A DNA stretch of 64,000 bases from Pocillopora damicornis (taxonomy: Eukaryota). This document shows positions 14,601 to 38,022 of this stretch, in pieces. The notes below the pieces were generated by a model. The model saw nothing but the letters and a program-made list of their open reading frames with translations. It was not told the DNA's origin and searched no databases. The stretch spans positions 62,001 through 126,000 of the forward strand of contig NW_020847002.1 in NCBI RefSeq assembly GCF_003704095.1, written 5' to 3'. The translations under genes and the position numbers were made by a program. The first letter of the stretch is position 1, and the number at the start of each line of letters is the position of its first letter.

Positions 14601-17600
14601 CCGGGATTGCGTGGGATTCGCTTCCCTTTGTTTTAAGAATGGCCTTAAAGATTCGTGATACTCTCTCAACCAATCACGTCCAAAACAAAAACCAATCGTT
14701 ATACTTGGCCATGTCCACGCATCAGGCTGTTTTTTTACTTGTCTTGTTTTTTTTAGTTCTCATTGGGGCCTTGTGACATTTACTTTGCACTGATTGATCA
14801 TTGTGGTTACTTTGGTTGTATTTCTGCCGCACCCAATCGTAAAGCTCTTCATGTAATTTATCCTGAACAGTGAATCTTTCTAATCCATGGGTGAAAATGA
14901 AGATTAACTAATGCTGCGTGCGTAGCTGACCTGACAAACATTCGAGTCAGGTTTGTTCCAGTAAAATGACTACAGCATTTAAATCACCACCTGTATGTTG
15001 AGAAGCCAACGTCTCAGACTCTCCACTCCTTCTTCTCCATGTGTCACGTTCCACACGGCCAGGTACAGAGTATGAGGCGACAAAAACATTTGATGAGCCG
15101 CGTAATAAACATTTTGCCCCGCAAGATCCCAAGTGCTGAACGTTATTAATGGTGCGTCACTCTGGTAAAGGAAAAAAGGTCAGAATCTAGAGTATTTCAG
15201 TTCAACTTAAGGTTCTAATATTCTAATGAAAATGTTTGATTCATTTACTAACCTGTGTTAAGAAGCGCTGTAATGAAAACCTTGAACTGGCCCCGATCTG
15301 AACCTGCCATTCGTCAATCACAATTCCCACAGTGGACAGGTTAGGTGGCAGTTTTTGACCTTTTAAAGCAGACAGCAAAGTTGTCTTCCCTCGACCCTTA
15401 AAAAGTAGATGTAATTGTAATCAATGGAGGTTGATTGCACGACTTTAATATTAAACCCAGAACCTAGGCCATAATAATTCGTAACTAAGAGGGAAAGTAC
15501 TTCTTACCTGTAAACCTACCACCATCAGTTTCATGCGGTAATACGGTACAGACTTCCGAAGAGTTGCTCGTAAGTATGCCAGCGTGTCTTTTGGTCGGAC
15601 ACCAATCTCACCTGAAAAGAGCGGAGACAAACGGCATTTATGGATGAGCGCCCAGAGACATAAGACAGGAGAGAGGAAGAACGAGTAAAGAAAATTTAGC
15701 AATCGTAGAGTGACTTCGTCCTTTTCCCACCTCCTCTCTCTCGCGACGCAAATTTTCCGTCTTTAAATTGAAATTCATCTTTAGAGGTCCAGGTCAACGC
15801 CAAGGTCACTTACCAGGTCTGACGTGTTTAGGAATGCCTGAAAGATTTAGTTTGTTCAATCGGAGCTGCCAGCAATCGCGTAAGTTGCCAAGTTCAGGAG
15901 GAAGTGTGCGCAGTTCAGGGTTACTGCATGAAAACAAAACAACAAAATAAATTACGTAAAAAAATAGCATTAACTTTGGAGAGAATGTGAGTGAAAGTTA
16001 TCAATCATTCATTTCGAATTAGATTCCAACTATCTTCTCATTACTGTAAACGAGGCTAAGGAAGGAGATACGTGCCAATAACTGGAGCCCTTAATTGCTC
16101 GCTTTCACCCAGCGGCAACTTGAATTAAACCTCAACTATAATCAACCCGTAATTACATTATAAAGGGTAATTAAGGGAAGAAGACAAGAAAGAGATGGGT
16201 GAGGGAGAGAATAAGATGGGTGAGGGAGAGAATAAGATGGGTGAGGGAGAGAATAAGATGGGTGAGGGAGAGAATAAGATCGTAACTTAGTTCTGCCCTA
16301 AAACATTACTATAATTCTTACTTGCTTAGGTCCAGTTCGATGAGGCTCATCAATCCGCAGATGCTTAAGGGTAAGGAATGTAAGTTGTTGTCGTTTACAG
16401 AAAGTGTCTCTAGCGTGTGAGAAAATAGTGCTGTAGGAAATTCACAGTCAGTCTTTGTTTCTTGACCATCTTCTGAGCTGGAGGCTTTGAAAAATTGGAA
16501 ACGCTTCAGTGTTGAAGAACCCATCTGTGACTCGACAAGTGGTTTGGCGGATAACTGTAGAGAGTAAAATCAAATTCATTCAATTAAGATCGATCACAGA
16601 TCACAGCCAGCCAGGTAGAATAAGAGAAGCGCCTTCCTCCAGATGTTCGTCACTCAGAAAAGCAACAATAATTTTCACTTATTTTAGCCGTTTTACCTTG
16701 TTGAAGGAAAGGTTTAGCTTGTGCAAAGTGCTGCATGTCCAGAATTCTGGCTTTGGCAACATTCGAATGTTATTGTGACTCATATCTAGATCTTGAAGTC
16801 CTGACAACTGACACAAGTTCCAAGAAATGGATCCCAGATTATTGCTTGAAAGATAGAGACGCTTCAGAGAGGTGTCCCACACCATTTCCATGTTACAGGA
16901 AAAACTGGTTAACTTATTGTGCGAAAGGTCAAGGATTTCCTTTGAACCAAGAAGACAATAATCGTACTCAATGAGTTTACATATCAATTCTAATAAACAT
17001 ATGAATACGCAGTGAAACGACAACAACATTCATCTTACCAAGGGGCATTTCCAAGCCATCGGAAAGTCTCGTAGATTATTGTGATCCAGATATAGTTTTG
17101 TGAGCCCGACAGCTCCCTGAATACCGTTAGGTAAACTTTTTAGCTGATTGAATGACAATGTTAGAACCTTCAGTGCAGTACAGCCCCATGTGTCGCCATC
17201 AGCTTCCTCGCCCTCTTCCAGCTCGCCAAATAAGGAAGAGATATTGTTCTGAGCGAGGTTTAGTTTCTTCATTGTGGGTAATTGAAACAAAGAGACAGGG
17301 GCGTATGTCAGCTGGTTATCAAAAGCTGATAGCTTTTGTATCCTGTTGGATAAAGTGAATGTTAAATTTGCATTCAATGAGGCATTTACACGTAAGAAGA
17401 CATGCCATTGTGGCTAGATCAAATAAACCAGCTTCAGAAATGTGCCTCTTCGCACTAATTTATTTTGAGCTGACTCCGTGAGAAAACGTGATTTGTGAGA
17501 CAGAGTGGCTAATATATAAATTTGCTCGCAGGATGTTGGAGGATTTACGTTCTATATCTGTCATTATGAGCGAGGTTTTATTTTCGAAGATTAATTACGG

Positions 17601-20258
17601 TGAGAAACGGCGTGAGAAGTTGAACATTTTAATCACTGAGTATGTCCGAAGATGTACCTGGATTTTACAATATCTGATTAATACGGGTAAGTTACAAGGG
17701 TTCCTTACAACTAATAAGTTTGTTCATTCCGATCCCGTCGTTACAGTTTTTCAACGTCTCTTTTAAACGTCAGTTTCCTAATCTTAAAATGCAAGATCAA
17801 ATAGCGCAATTCATTTGCTTGCTCCTCAGAATCGAAGTAACTTTCCCTTCTTTATATCAGTCAATGATTTTCTTGTTGATGCTCAGTACGAGTCACGCAG
17901 AGGACGAATTAGATCTATATCGACTTGCAAAGGGTTCACAGAGTCTCGATTCCACGAAAATAGAAATGTGATACTCAGGAACAATAACCAAACACCCTGT
18001 CGTTATTTTATAACAGCAAACTTAGAGACCGTCATTCCGAGAAAATTCCGTTTCTGGGAAAAAACCGTCATAATCAAGTTACTGTCTAACTCAAAGCCGG
18101 AAGCTTCGATTTTACCTATTCTCATAACATCAATGTAGACATGAAAATAAAGTCGGGAAGGTAAAATTAAGTTCTTAATAGGCTGGGGTCCTAGTTTTAA
18201 CTCTCAAAGGGCACATGTAAATGAGATTATAAAACTTTCACCTTTTTGTGGACAAAGCGTTTTACAATTAACAAATACATTATTTCCATACAGTATGGCG
18301 TTATACCTTGTGTAGCTGCTGATAACTTCTGGTAAAGATTTCAATTGATTTCTAGACACATCAAGCTCCTCAAGGGCTGGAAGAATATTAAACAGCTCTT
18401 CTGGAAGCTCCTTAATGCAGTTATCAGACAGGTCAATACTCACAAGTCTTGCTGACAAGTTAACAAACCAAGCTTTATGAATGGCGTACAAATTTTTCTT
18501 ACTCCAAGCAGCAGAAAACATTGTCACACTTGGATCAACTTCAAAAGAAAGTGCTGTCTTGCGTTTGTTCCTAGTTTCTTTGGTGTATCTGCAGCCAAAT
18601 TAAAAATACAAATAATGTCATGGCACATCAAGGTTGCCACATGATACCTTGGTTTATCAAATAAATTTTTCTCAGAAATTACATATAAATATTAAATTTA
18701 AAATTTATATTCATTATCGAAGTGTGAGAGCCATTCCAACACATGCAAGCCTTCCCATGTCCTCTTGTTAGAAGCAATATTATTGTCCATGTATGTATCT
18801 ATTATTTCCTGTGTCTGTCTCCAAGTGCATGAGACAGACAGTGATCAAGGTTTGTTTGTGCTACAATCAAACCCAGCAAACTAAATACTCCAAAAGATTT
18901 TAGTATCCTACCTCATTAGAGCTTCTCCAATAAGTTCCCAATAATTCTCTACAAGATCACAGGTCACTTTGGCCCCATTTTCAATAAGGTAATTAACAAC
19001 AGCAGTCTGATGACCTTCACATGCACCTTTGAGAGGACTGCCTGGTGATTCCCTTCCCTGGGAGTCTAACGATGTAGATGGTGGGTTCACATCAACACCT
19101 CTCCTGATCAACAGTCTTGCCAGCTGGACATGCCCAAGTCTGCATGCCTCATAGAGTAACAATGGTCCATGGGATCCAAGGAGACTGGGCTGCTCAGATA
19201 ATAAAAATTCCACTACATCATGTTTTCCAGATTTACAGGCAAGTAAAATTGGCGACAAATGACCAAATACAGGATTATGTACAGATGCACCTTCTTTTAA
19301 CAAATATTTTGCAATATCTGCATATCCTTTTATACATGCAACACATAAGGGAGTTCCAATTTCTTCAACAACTTGATTGACATTAGCACCAAAGGCTACA
19401 AGTTGACGTACCACTTCCAAATGGCCATTTTCACAGGCCACATGAAGAAAATTTCTCGGCAAAGTTGAGCTAGCTACATCTTCTCCACAAATTAGCTCCT
19501 TTACTACATCTTGATTGTGGTAAATGGCTTGTAGTAGTGTGTCAAGATCACCTGTTGTGCAGGCTTCAAACAACTGTTTTCTAACACCTGGAAACAGAAA
19601 TGATAAATATGAACTAAGATAACTCTTTTTTTATGCATACAGTGTAGAAGCAGTCGTATGTCATGATAGATGTTACTTATCTCTGGATGTAACTAAAAGG
19701 GGGATGTCCTTAGCTGTTGGTTAGGGGTTGGGTTAGGGTTAGGAAGGGATGATCAGGAGACAAATCTGAAGTCAAAAACTCTCCCAATACTATACAATAG
19801 TTTACAGCTTTAACATGTTTTTACAAATAATTGCTTTTACAACACAAAGTGATCACCATTTCAGGTATGATACCAAAATTATTCCAAGTGCATGCTGTAT
19901 TTGAAATATATAAAAAAAAATAGCCGAGTGAATATGCATTTTATTTTCATAGATGACATAAACACGATCAACGAACTTCGGTCGTAACTGCAACGGAACG
20001 ATTTCCCTTTAACACTTGGAAACCCCGTACAATTCCAAAACAAAGCGTAGTCGCCATTGTCTTCTATTAACCAAGAATTGTAGGTATTATTAAAGAAGAA
20101 TGCCAGAAAGGGATGACTAATTATTTCTTTAATTACAAGACACTCGAAATCTGGTGTACCGACACAAAGAAATGGGCGCCTCAAGGAACAAAATCACTGC
20201 GATATCGACACACTTACTGAGGCACAAATTACTTACTGTTACTTAAATGGCTCTCCAT
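5626..20258 (-). CDS. LRRK-family ROCO kinase (ANK-LRR-ROC-COR-kinase-WD40-like), LRRK1-like architecture, ~2368 aa, 26 exons
   Basis: Exons (high to low): 20258-20237, 19587-18912 (ankyrin repeats), 18588-18307, 17342-17039, 16939-16697, 16554-16322, 15923-15814 (LRRs), 15611-15508, 15396-15253, 15161-14991, 14446-14189 (ROC: GLQGRGKTT, WDLAGQ, VGTHLD), 13993-13834, 13393-13170, 13086-12937, 12828-12574, 12408-12270, 11984-11540 (COR to [13 protein letters not shown]), 11269-11068, 10563-10339, 9933-9709 ([20 protein letters not shown]), 9474-9305, 8970-8807, 8645-8437, 8274-8116, 7745-7575, 7287-5626. All introns GT-AG; summed length 7107 nt is in frame. The 22-nt first exon is the least certain. 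Confidence 0.92.
9510..9619 (-). mobile_element. tRNA-derived SINE fragment (5'-truncated) in an LRRK intron
   Basis: Minus strand has a Pol III B-box GGTTCGATTCC (9587-9577) in a tRNA-like 3' half; no complete A-box or acceptor stem. Flanked by an 11-bp direct repeat TAACT(G/A)ATGCA (9499-9509, 9620-9630), a candidate TSD. Confidence 0.7.
10093..10135. repeat. (TTTG)n microsatellite, degenerate
   Basis: Direct reading of the sequence. Confidence 0.8.
13537..13563. repeat. (ATT)n microsatellite
   Basis: About 9 tandem ATT units. Confidence 0.85.
14567..14850. mobile_element. Degenerate MITE-like interspersed repeat in an LRRK intron
   Basis: Imperfect terminal inverted similarity (GAGCAATTTTTAATCGAG ... 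CCCAATCGTAAAGCTC) and several CCAATC/ATTGG motifs. Resembles a common anthozoan repeat as I recall it; not database-verified. Confidence 0.4.
16193..16280. repeat. 21-bp purine-rich minisatellite (AGATGGGTGAGGGAGAGAATA) x4.2
   Basis: Perfect units start at 16193, 16214, 16235 and 16256. Confidence 0.95.
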
Positions 20259-20821
20259 ATTGCTTCGATCTGGATCGATCGTGAACCCTCATATATGTAA
20301 TCAATTGCAATGGAGTGTCAGGAAACGCACACGATAACTAATTCTTACGTTTACGAAAGCAGACAAAGCGCGTCACTTCGAGATTAAAAGGTGGACGCAA
20401 AGGAGCATCAAAGATCAGGTCCTAATAAAATCATCAACACTCGAAGGAGAGCAAAAACAGCTGTTATAAAGACTTTCAGCATTATATTAGCATGTTTTGT
20501 CACGTTTCCGCATTTTCTGCGAAAACTATGTTTACCTTTGCTCATAGCGTATTAATCTATGCACATATTCCAGGAATCCTTTTTCCCTCTCTGTCTGGGC
20601 ACAGCTTTCGACTGAAAATGGAAGATCAGCATCATATCATCGGCTATATTATTATGGATTACCCAGATACACCGTGAATGCTTCTTGTTTCCAAGAAAGA
20701 TCTGCATACCCTTCCGTAATTTAGTACCTCTAGAGTACCTCCAAATATGGAATATTTTTCTATATTTGGGAATACAAAATCCCGTATGCAGAAAACACAT
20801 TTCGCGGGAAATTTCACTAAA
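20259..20821. promoter_or_regulatory. Candidate bidirectional promoter region between the LRRK gene (-) and SMC5 (+)
   Basis: Divergent start codons 563 bp apart; E2F-like TTTCGCGGGAAA at about 20800-20811. Confidence 0.55.
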
Positions 20822-33779
<12,958 letters not shown>

Positions 33780-34751
33780 ATATCTTTGTGTTGGGTTTGA
33801 TGTAGGGCCAATGAAGATACACCATTCTGCTGTTGACTTTTCAGAGAATTGATATTCACATTGTTGCAATTTATCATAGATGTAGCTTGAAATTATTTGT
33901 TTTTGTTATTATGAAAGAATAATTGATGCCAAAATCAGAGATGGTTAAAGGTTACAAAATTGTATTGGGTAATGAACCTACCAGAAAGTGCAAGTGGTTA
34001 CGCAGAAACTCTCCTTTCCTTTATTTGCATATAAATACACATTTTTTTTTTTGTCATTCTTAATGTTAGTTTAGCTTTCATGTTTTCCACAGGAAGGAAC
34101 CAAAACAAAGAAATTAAAGAGTATTCTGGTGCATTGTTGCTGCAAAGGAGTCAGCAAATGTATCTTGCAGCGTTAGTTACTCACTTTGCTATGAGGTGCA
34201 AGTTAAATAGTACCTATGAATAAAGTGTTGGAAATTTATATCAGTTTTGCTGTTCTGAGTTGGGATTTGTACATGGGATTGTTTGTACTTGCACTAATTT
34301 CTCTTTTCCCTCACTAGTGATAGTGTTACAGTACTGTAGATGCCTATAGTTTCCTTTGAAAACTGAACTGAACACTGTCATGGTTCTTTCATTGGGATTA
34401 GTGGTTATGATTTGTCTCTAGTCTTAGTGTGTCTAAGGTTTAAGGACAATACTTTTTTGATAGCAGATTGAGATATGAACTCAAAAGAAATACAATGTGT
34501 TAAATGGTTTATTCACTTTTCTTGAGGCCTTGATAAAATACAAACAGGAATTCTTGATTAACTAACAAGATTAAAGATACATATAAGTACAAAAGACGAA
34601 GTCTGTCCCTTGTCATACACAGCTGCCTGATCCTCTTGACTACATATGCCAATGGATATGATTAATTATACTTAACTTTTTTTTTAGCTTGTATTTCTAA
34701 TACTTTTTTCATTTTTAACTGGTAGGACCTTGAAGAACTAGTACGTTTTCT

Positions 34752-36290
34752 TTATGCTGGACAATTAACCCCACTCAATTTTGCAACAAGAACTTTCCTT
34801 AATGTAGTTGTAAGCTGTTCTAGTTCTTGCACCTGCTTGCGCAGTTCTGCATTACTTTTCTCAAGTTCCTCCTCTTGTTGGAACAGATCTTGTTCTTTCT
34901 GCCTTCTAGCAGCACGAGCATGTTTTGAAGCAATGTTATTCTTTAATCTTCTCACTGTTTGTTTGTCAAGAGTACTGGAAATGCTCATAACTTCATCATA
35001 ATCACTCTCCTTGTCTAAATTCTCATATTTTACTTTCTTAGATGGTGATTTACAAACATCAGCAGAATTAACTCTCTTTCTTTTCTGATTAGATTGAACA
35101 TGAGCACTGCTTTCTTGACTAACTGTACACACACCACCTTCACTTGGCAAACTAACATTGTGTGCATGTCCAAGATCATCAGAAAGAGAAAAAATGTCAG
35201 CAATTTCAGCAATGTCCACAGTCACAGTTGAAATATTTTCAGAGCTACTGGCCACATTCTCAACCGACATTGGAGAAGCTACAGGCACAATGCTAACAGA
35301 AGACTGTAACAGCTCTTGAGTGAGAAGAGTCAGTGCATCTGATGTTTGGATGACTGTGATTTCTTCTGCGGCTGTATCAGCCATTTTTTCTCCATTAGAA
35401 TCAGAGGTAAGTTGATGAGTACATGATAGAAGACTTTTGCAATCCTCTTCCAGAGACACAACATCTACTACACTCTCAGGGGAGAGTGCCATGTCAGTCA
35501 AGTCTCCAGCAGATGAGAAGACCTCAGAATCACTACCTAGTGAGACAGCATCAATTGCATCACTACCAGGGGAAGCCACATCTGAGTACTCAGTAGTTCC
35601 AGCAGTCTCCATCCTCACTACATCTGACTGGCAGATGTCTGAAGTGGAGACTGGCAATGTATGCTCCACTCCAAACCCTAGATCCATTGTATCAAGATGT
35701 GGGAGATCTGGAAACAGGTCGTCGATATCAAGGTATTGCTCGAAGAAAGGATTGCCCATACCGCCTGGTGACTCACAAAAGTCCAATAAACTTTCCATTG
35801 GATGTTTTGCTGTTTCTGATGGTTTGGCGTTCAACTCATCAAGGAGCTCGAGGGCGATGAACTCGTTATCTTCAGCATCAACCTGATGTAAGCTTCCAGT
35901 GTCCTCCAATGTTTCCAATTTATCTAGAAACGAAAACAGAAAACATTAAGAATTGTTTGACACGAATGAGATAGTAAATTAACTTTACAGTTGCGATTAG
36001 GTTTTGCTTTCAAGAGGAGTTACGACATGACTGATGGACAGAGGTATACCGGCAACAAAGAAATTTACAGCTAAACTTCAATACTTTGTCTTTGTTCGAG
36101 ACTTTTCACAAGAAATCACTGCCTTTCAAAATAAACCTGTTCAAACCTTACCATTTTGTAGGTCATCAAACAGGCCGCATAAATTCCGAGTCCAGGGTTT
36201 GTTTCCATTGTTTTCGTGTGTTTCCATTTTCGTTTCCTTCTCGCCGATGTATCGATTTTTTTCCTCTACTTCGATCGAGCCGCTTTCCAT
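34752..36290 (-). CDS. bZIP transcription factor (PAR/C-EBP-like basic region), 2 coding exons, ~436 aa
   Basis: Exon 1 36290-36152 (MESGSIE...QN G|gtaagg) joins exon 2 35923-34752 (tttctag|AT AAA TTG) in frame. Long acidic/Ser-rich N-terminus; NLS-like QKRKR and SKKVK; basic region RRLKNNIASKHARAARR followed by a heptad leucine zipper. Confidence 0.88.
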
Positions 36291-36369
36291 GCGGTCGATT
36301 TTTTCGAGGTAAGGATCCTTCGGAATGTACCATGACGAAGATTTCTGCGACAGCGAACTTACTAAGCAT
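36166..36369 (-). promoter_or_regulatory. Overlapping out-of-frame upstream ORF (67 aa) of the bZIP gene
   Basis: ATG at 36369 (acaATGc) and an in-frame ATG at 36333 (gtcATGg); stop TGA at 36168-36166. Covers both main-frame ATGs (36290, 36227). Confidence 0.65.
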
Positions 36370-36601
36370 TGTGAACTTTTCAATGTAGATAGGTTAACCG
36401 TCGAAACTGCCGTTGTGTGGCTTAAGCCTGAACTTTGTAGAGAATGTTTTCGAGCGCCGACTCGTCTAAAAGCGGCGCCAACGCTGTCGATCTAACGCAG
36501 ACCAAACCCAACGAAGACGTAAAATTTCCTCGACGTACCTCACGAGGAAAAACAAAATTGAAGATAAATTTGTGAAGTTGTTGCACTCTTTATCCAGATG
36601 G

Positions 36602-36697
36602 TGGTGCAATAGTTGTGCTATAATTCTTCACTTACGTCAACATGAACCAATCACAGGCCGCGTAAGTTTAGTTTGTGATGTCATTTTTGACCAATCA
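36602..36697 (-). promoter_or_regulatory. bZIP gene proximal promoter: CARE-like site plus two CRE-like/CCAAT composite units
   Basis: On the + strand: TGGTGCAAT 36602-10; TTACGTCA-N7-CCAATCA 36632-53; TGATGTCA-N7-CCAATCA 36676-97. Confidence 0.6.
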
Positions 36698-37269
36698 TGT
36701 GTTGATTTTATCAACAATGAAAACCAAATAAATTATTTATTTTATTCGACTCGGCCGTTCAAGCCGTTTGTACTCGTCCAAACAGAAGGTGAATAGACCA
36801 ATATTTACGCCACAGATTCAAGAGGAAGGATAATTCAAGAAATGCAACTAATGTTCATTTTAGTCATTGTTATGAAGTGAGTCTTCAGATGTTTCTTCGC
36901 TTTGCGAACAATCAGGCCTTTTTGAAACTTGTGCATTAGAAATTAATCTAAAATAGGAATTTGTTTGGTTACCTGATTTTCTTCTTTTTTTTCTTTATTT
37001 TATTTATTTATTTGGTCTTTGCATGGCGAAAATAAATTTTGTTGAGAAAACCTTTCGTAATGGTGCAACTTTCTATACTCTTTGGACCAAGAGCAATGTG
37101 ACGTGAAGGATACGATAACTCACTTATAATTTGTTGTCGAAGTGTGTTTCGCTGTAATTTTTTGTTCCTTAAGTTTAAAAATGGTTGAGTCTTACGAATT
37201 TGAAGGTGAGTTTATAACTGGGCTGATTTTGTAGAAATGTGTGGGAAAAAGCTCTGGGTGCTTAGGATC

Positions 37270-37470
37270 TAGATTGAATGTCCTTCAACTCTGAACAACA
37301 AAAACATTCGTCAGCCGTAAGATAGCTTCGCAATGTCCTCTCCAAAGACACCATTCATTCAGTGTTTCCGACTCTCGTAAAATAATCAATCGCAGCTTCT
37401 GTTTCCTCGATGCCTTCTTCGCTTGGAGAATAACTGGAAGGGTTATAAGCCACCCATATTTGTGAAATAA
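37270..37470 (-). pseudogene. Decayed P2X7-ballast/Nanor/KolX-like Cys-rich domain fragment (possible Kolobok-type transposon remnant)
   Basis: Correcting a 4-bp duplication (GAATGAAT) and a 1-bp frameshift gives TRVGNTEWCLWRGHCEAI-TADECFCCSEL, close to the R-GN--WC-CG-C--M-T--EC-CC-E motif; preceded by an acidic stretch. Confidence 0.6.
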
Positions 37471-38022
37471 AGACCTACAAATGTAAATGTAAAATTTGCA
37501 CATAATATGCGCTGCTAAGCAGCATTTGCAATTGAGATGAGTGTTTTATTTCCCCACCACAAACGTCACATTCAACCGCTGATAATCCTTTTGAGCCGAC
37601 GGTTTACGGCCGCTAAAGCGCGAAAAAGGGAACTTCAAATCTAATTTCCTCGTAAATAACAAGAAGTGAACGAAAATGACTACCGATAATTTATCTTACT
37701 CCTCTAAAGCTAACTAGAAATGAGTGCCGATAAAATGAAAATTTAAAGACTTCATTTCCTCATTAAGAATACATGAAACAGAATAAGATTTGACTGATGA
37801 TTAATAAGACCTCTTACTTCCTGCTCGTCCCAGTCCATTCCCGTTCAGACACAAGAATACTGTAAGGGTGGGCGAACTTAGGACGAAATCACAAGCTTCT
37901 GTAGCTAATCCATCCAGACTAGAATACACCCTTTTATCATTACTTTATCTGTGTTCATTTCTATTTTGTCAGAAAAAGTAAATATGCCTCTTTTTAGTTT
38001 TGCACCAGGGCTCCTAGCTCCA

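Noticed and set aside
19719-19748. Interstitial telomere (TTAGGG-like run)
   Set aside because: Only 3-4 imperfect units; more likely a repeat remnant.
35437-35886. 149-aa antisense ORF inside the bZIP exon
   Set aside because: Shadow of a Ser/Asp/Glu-rich coding strand.
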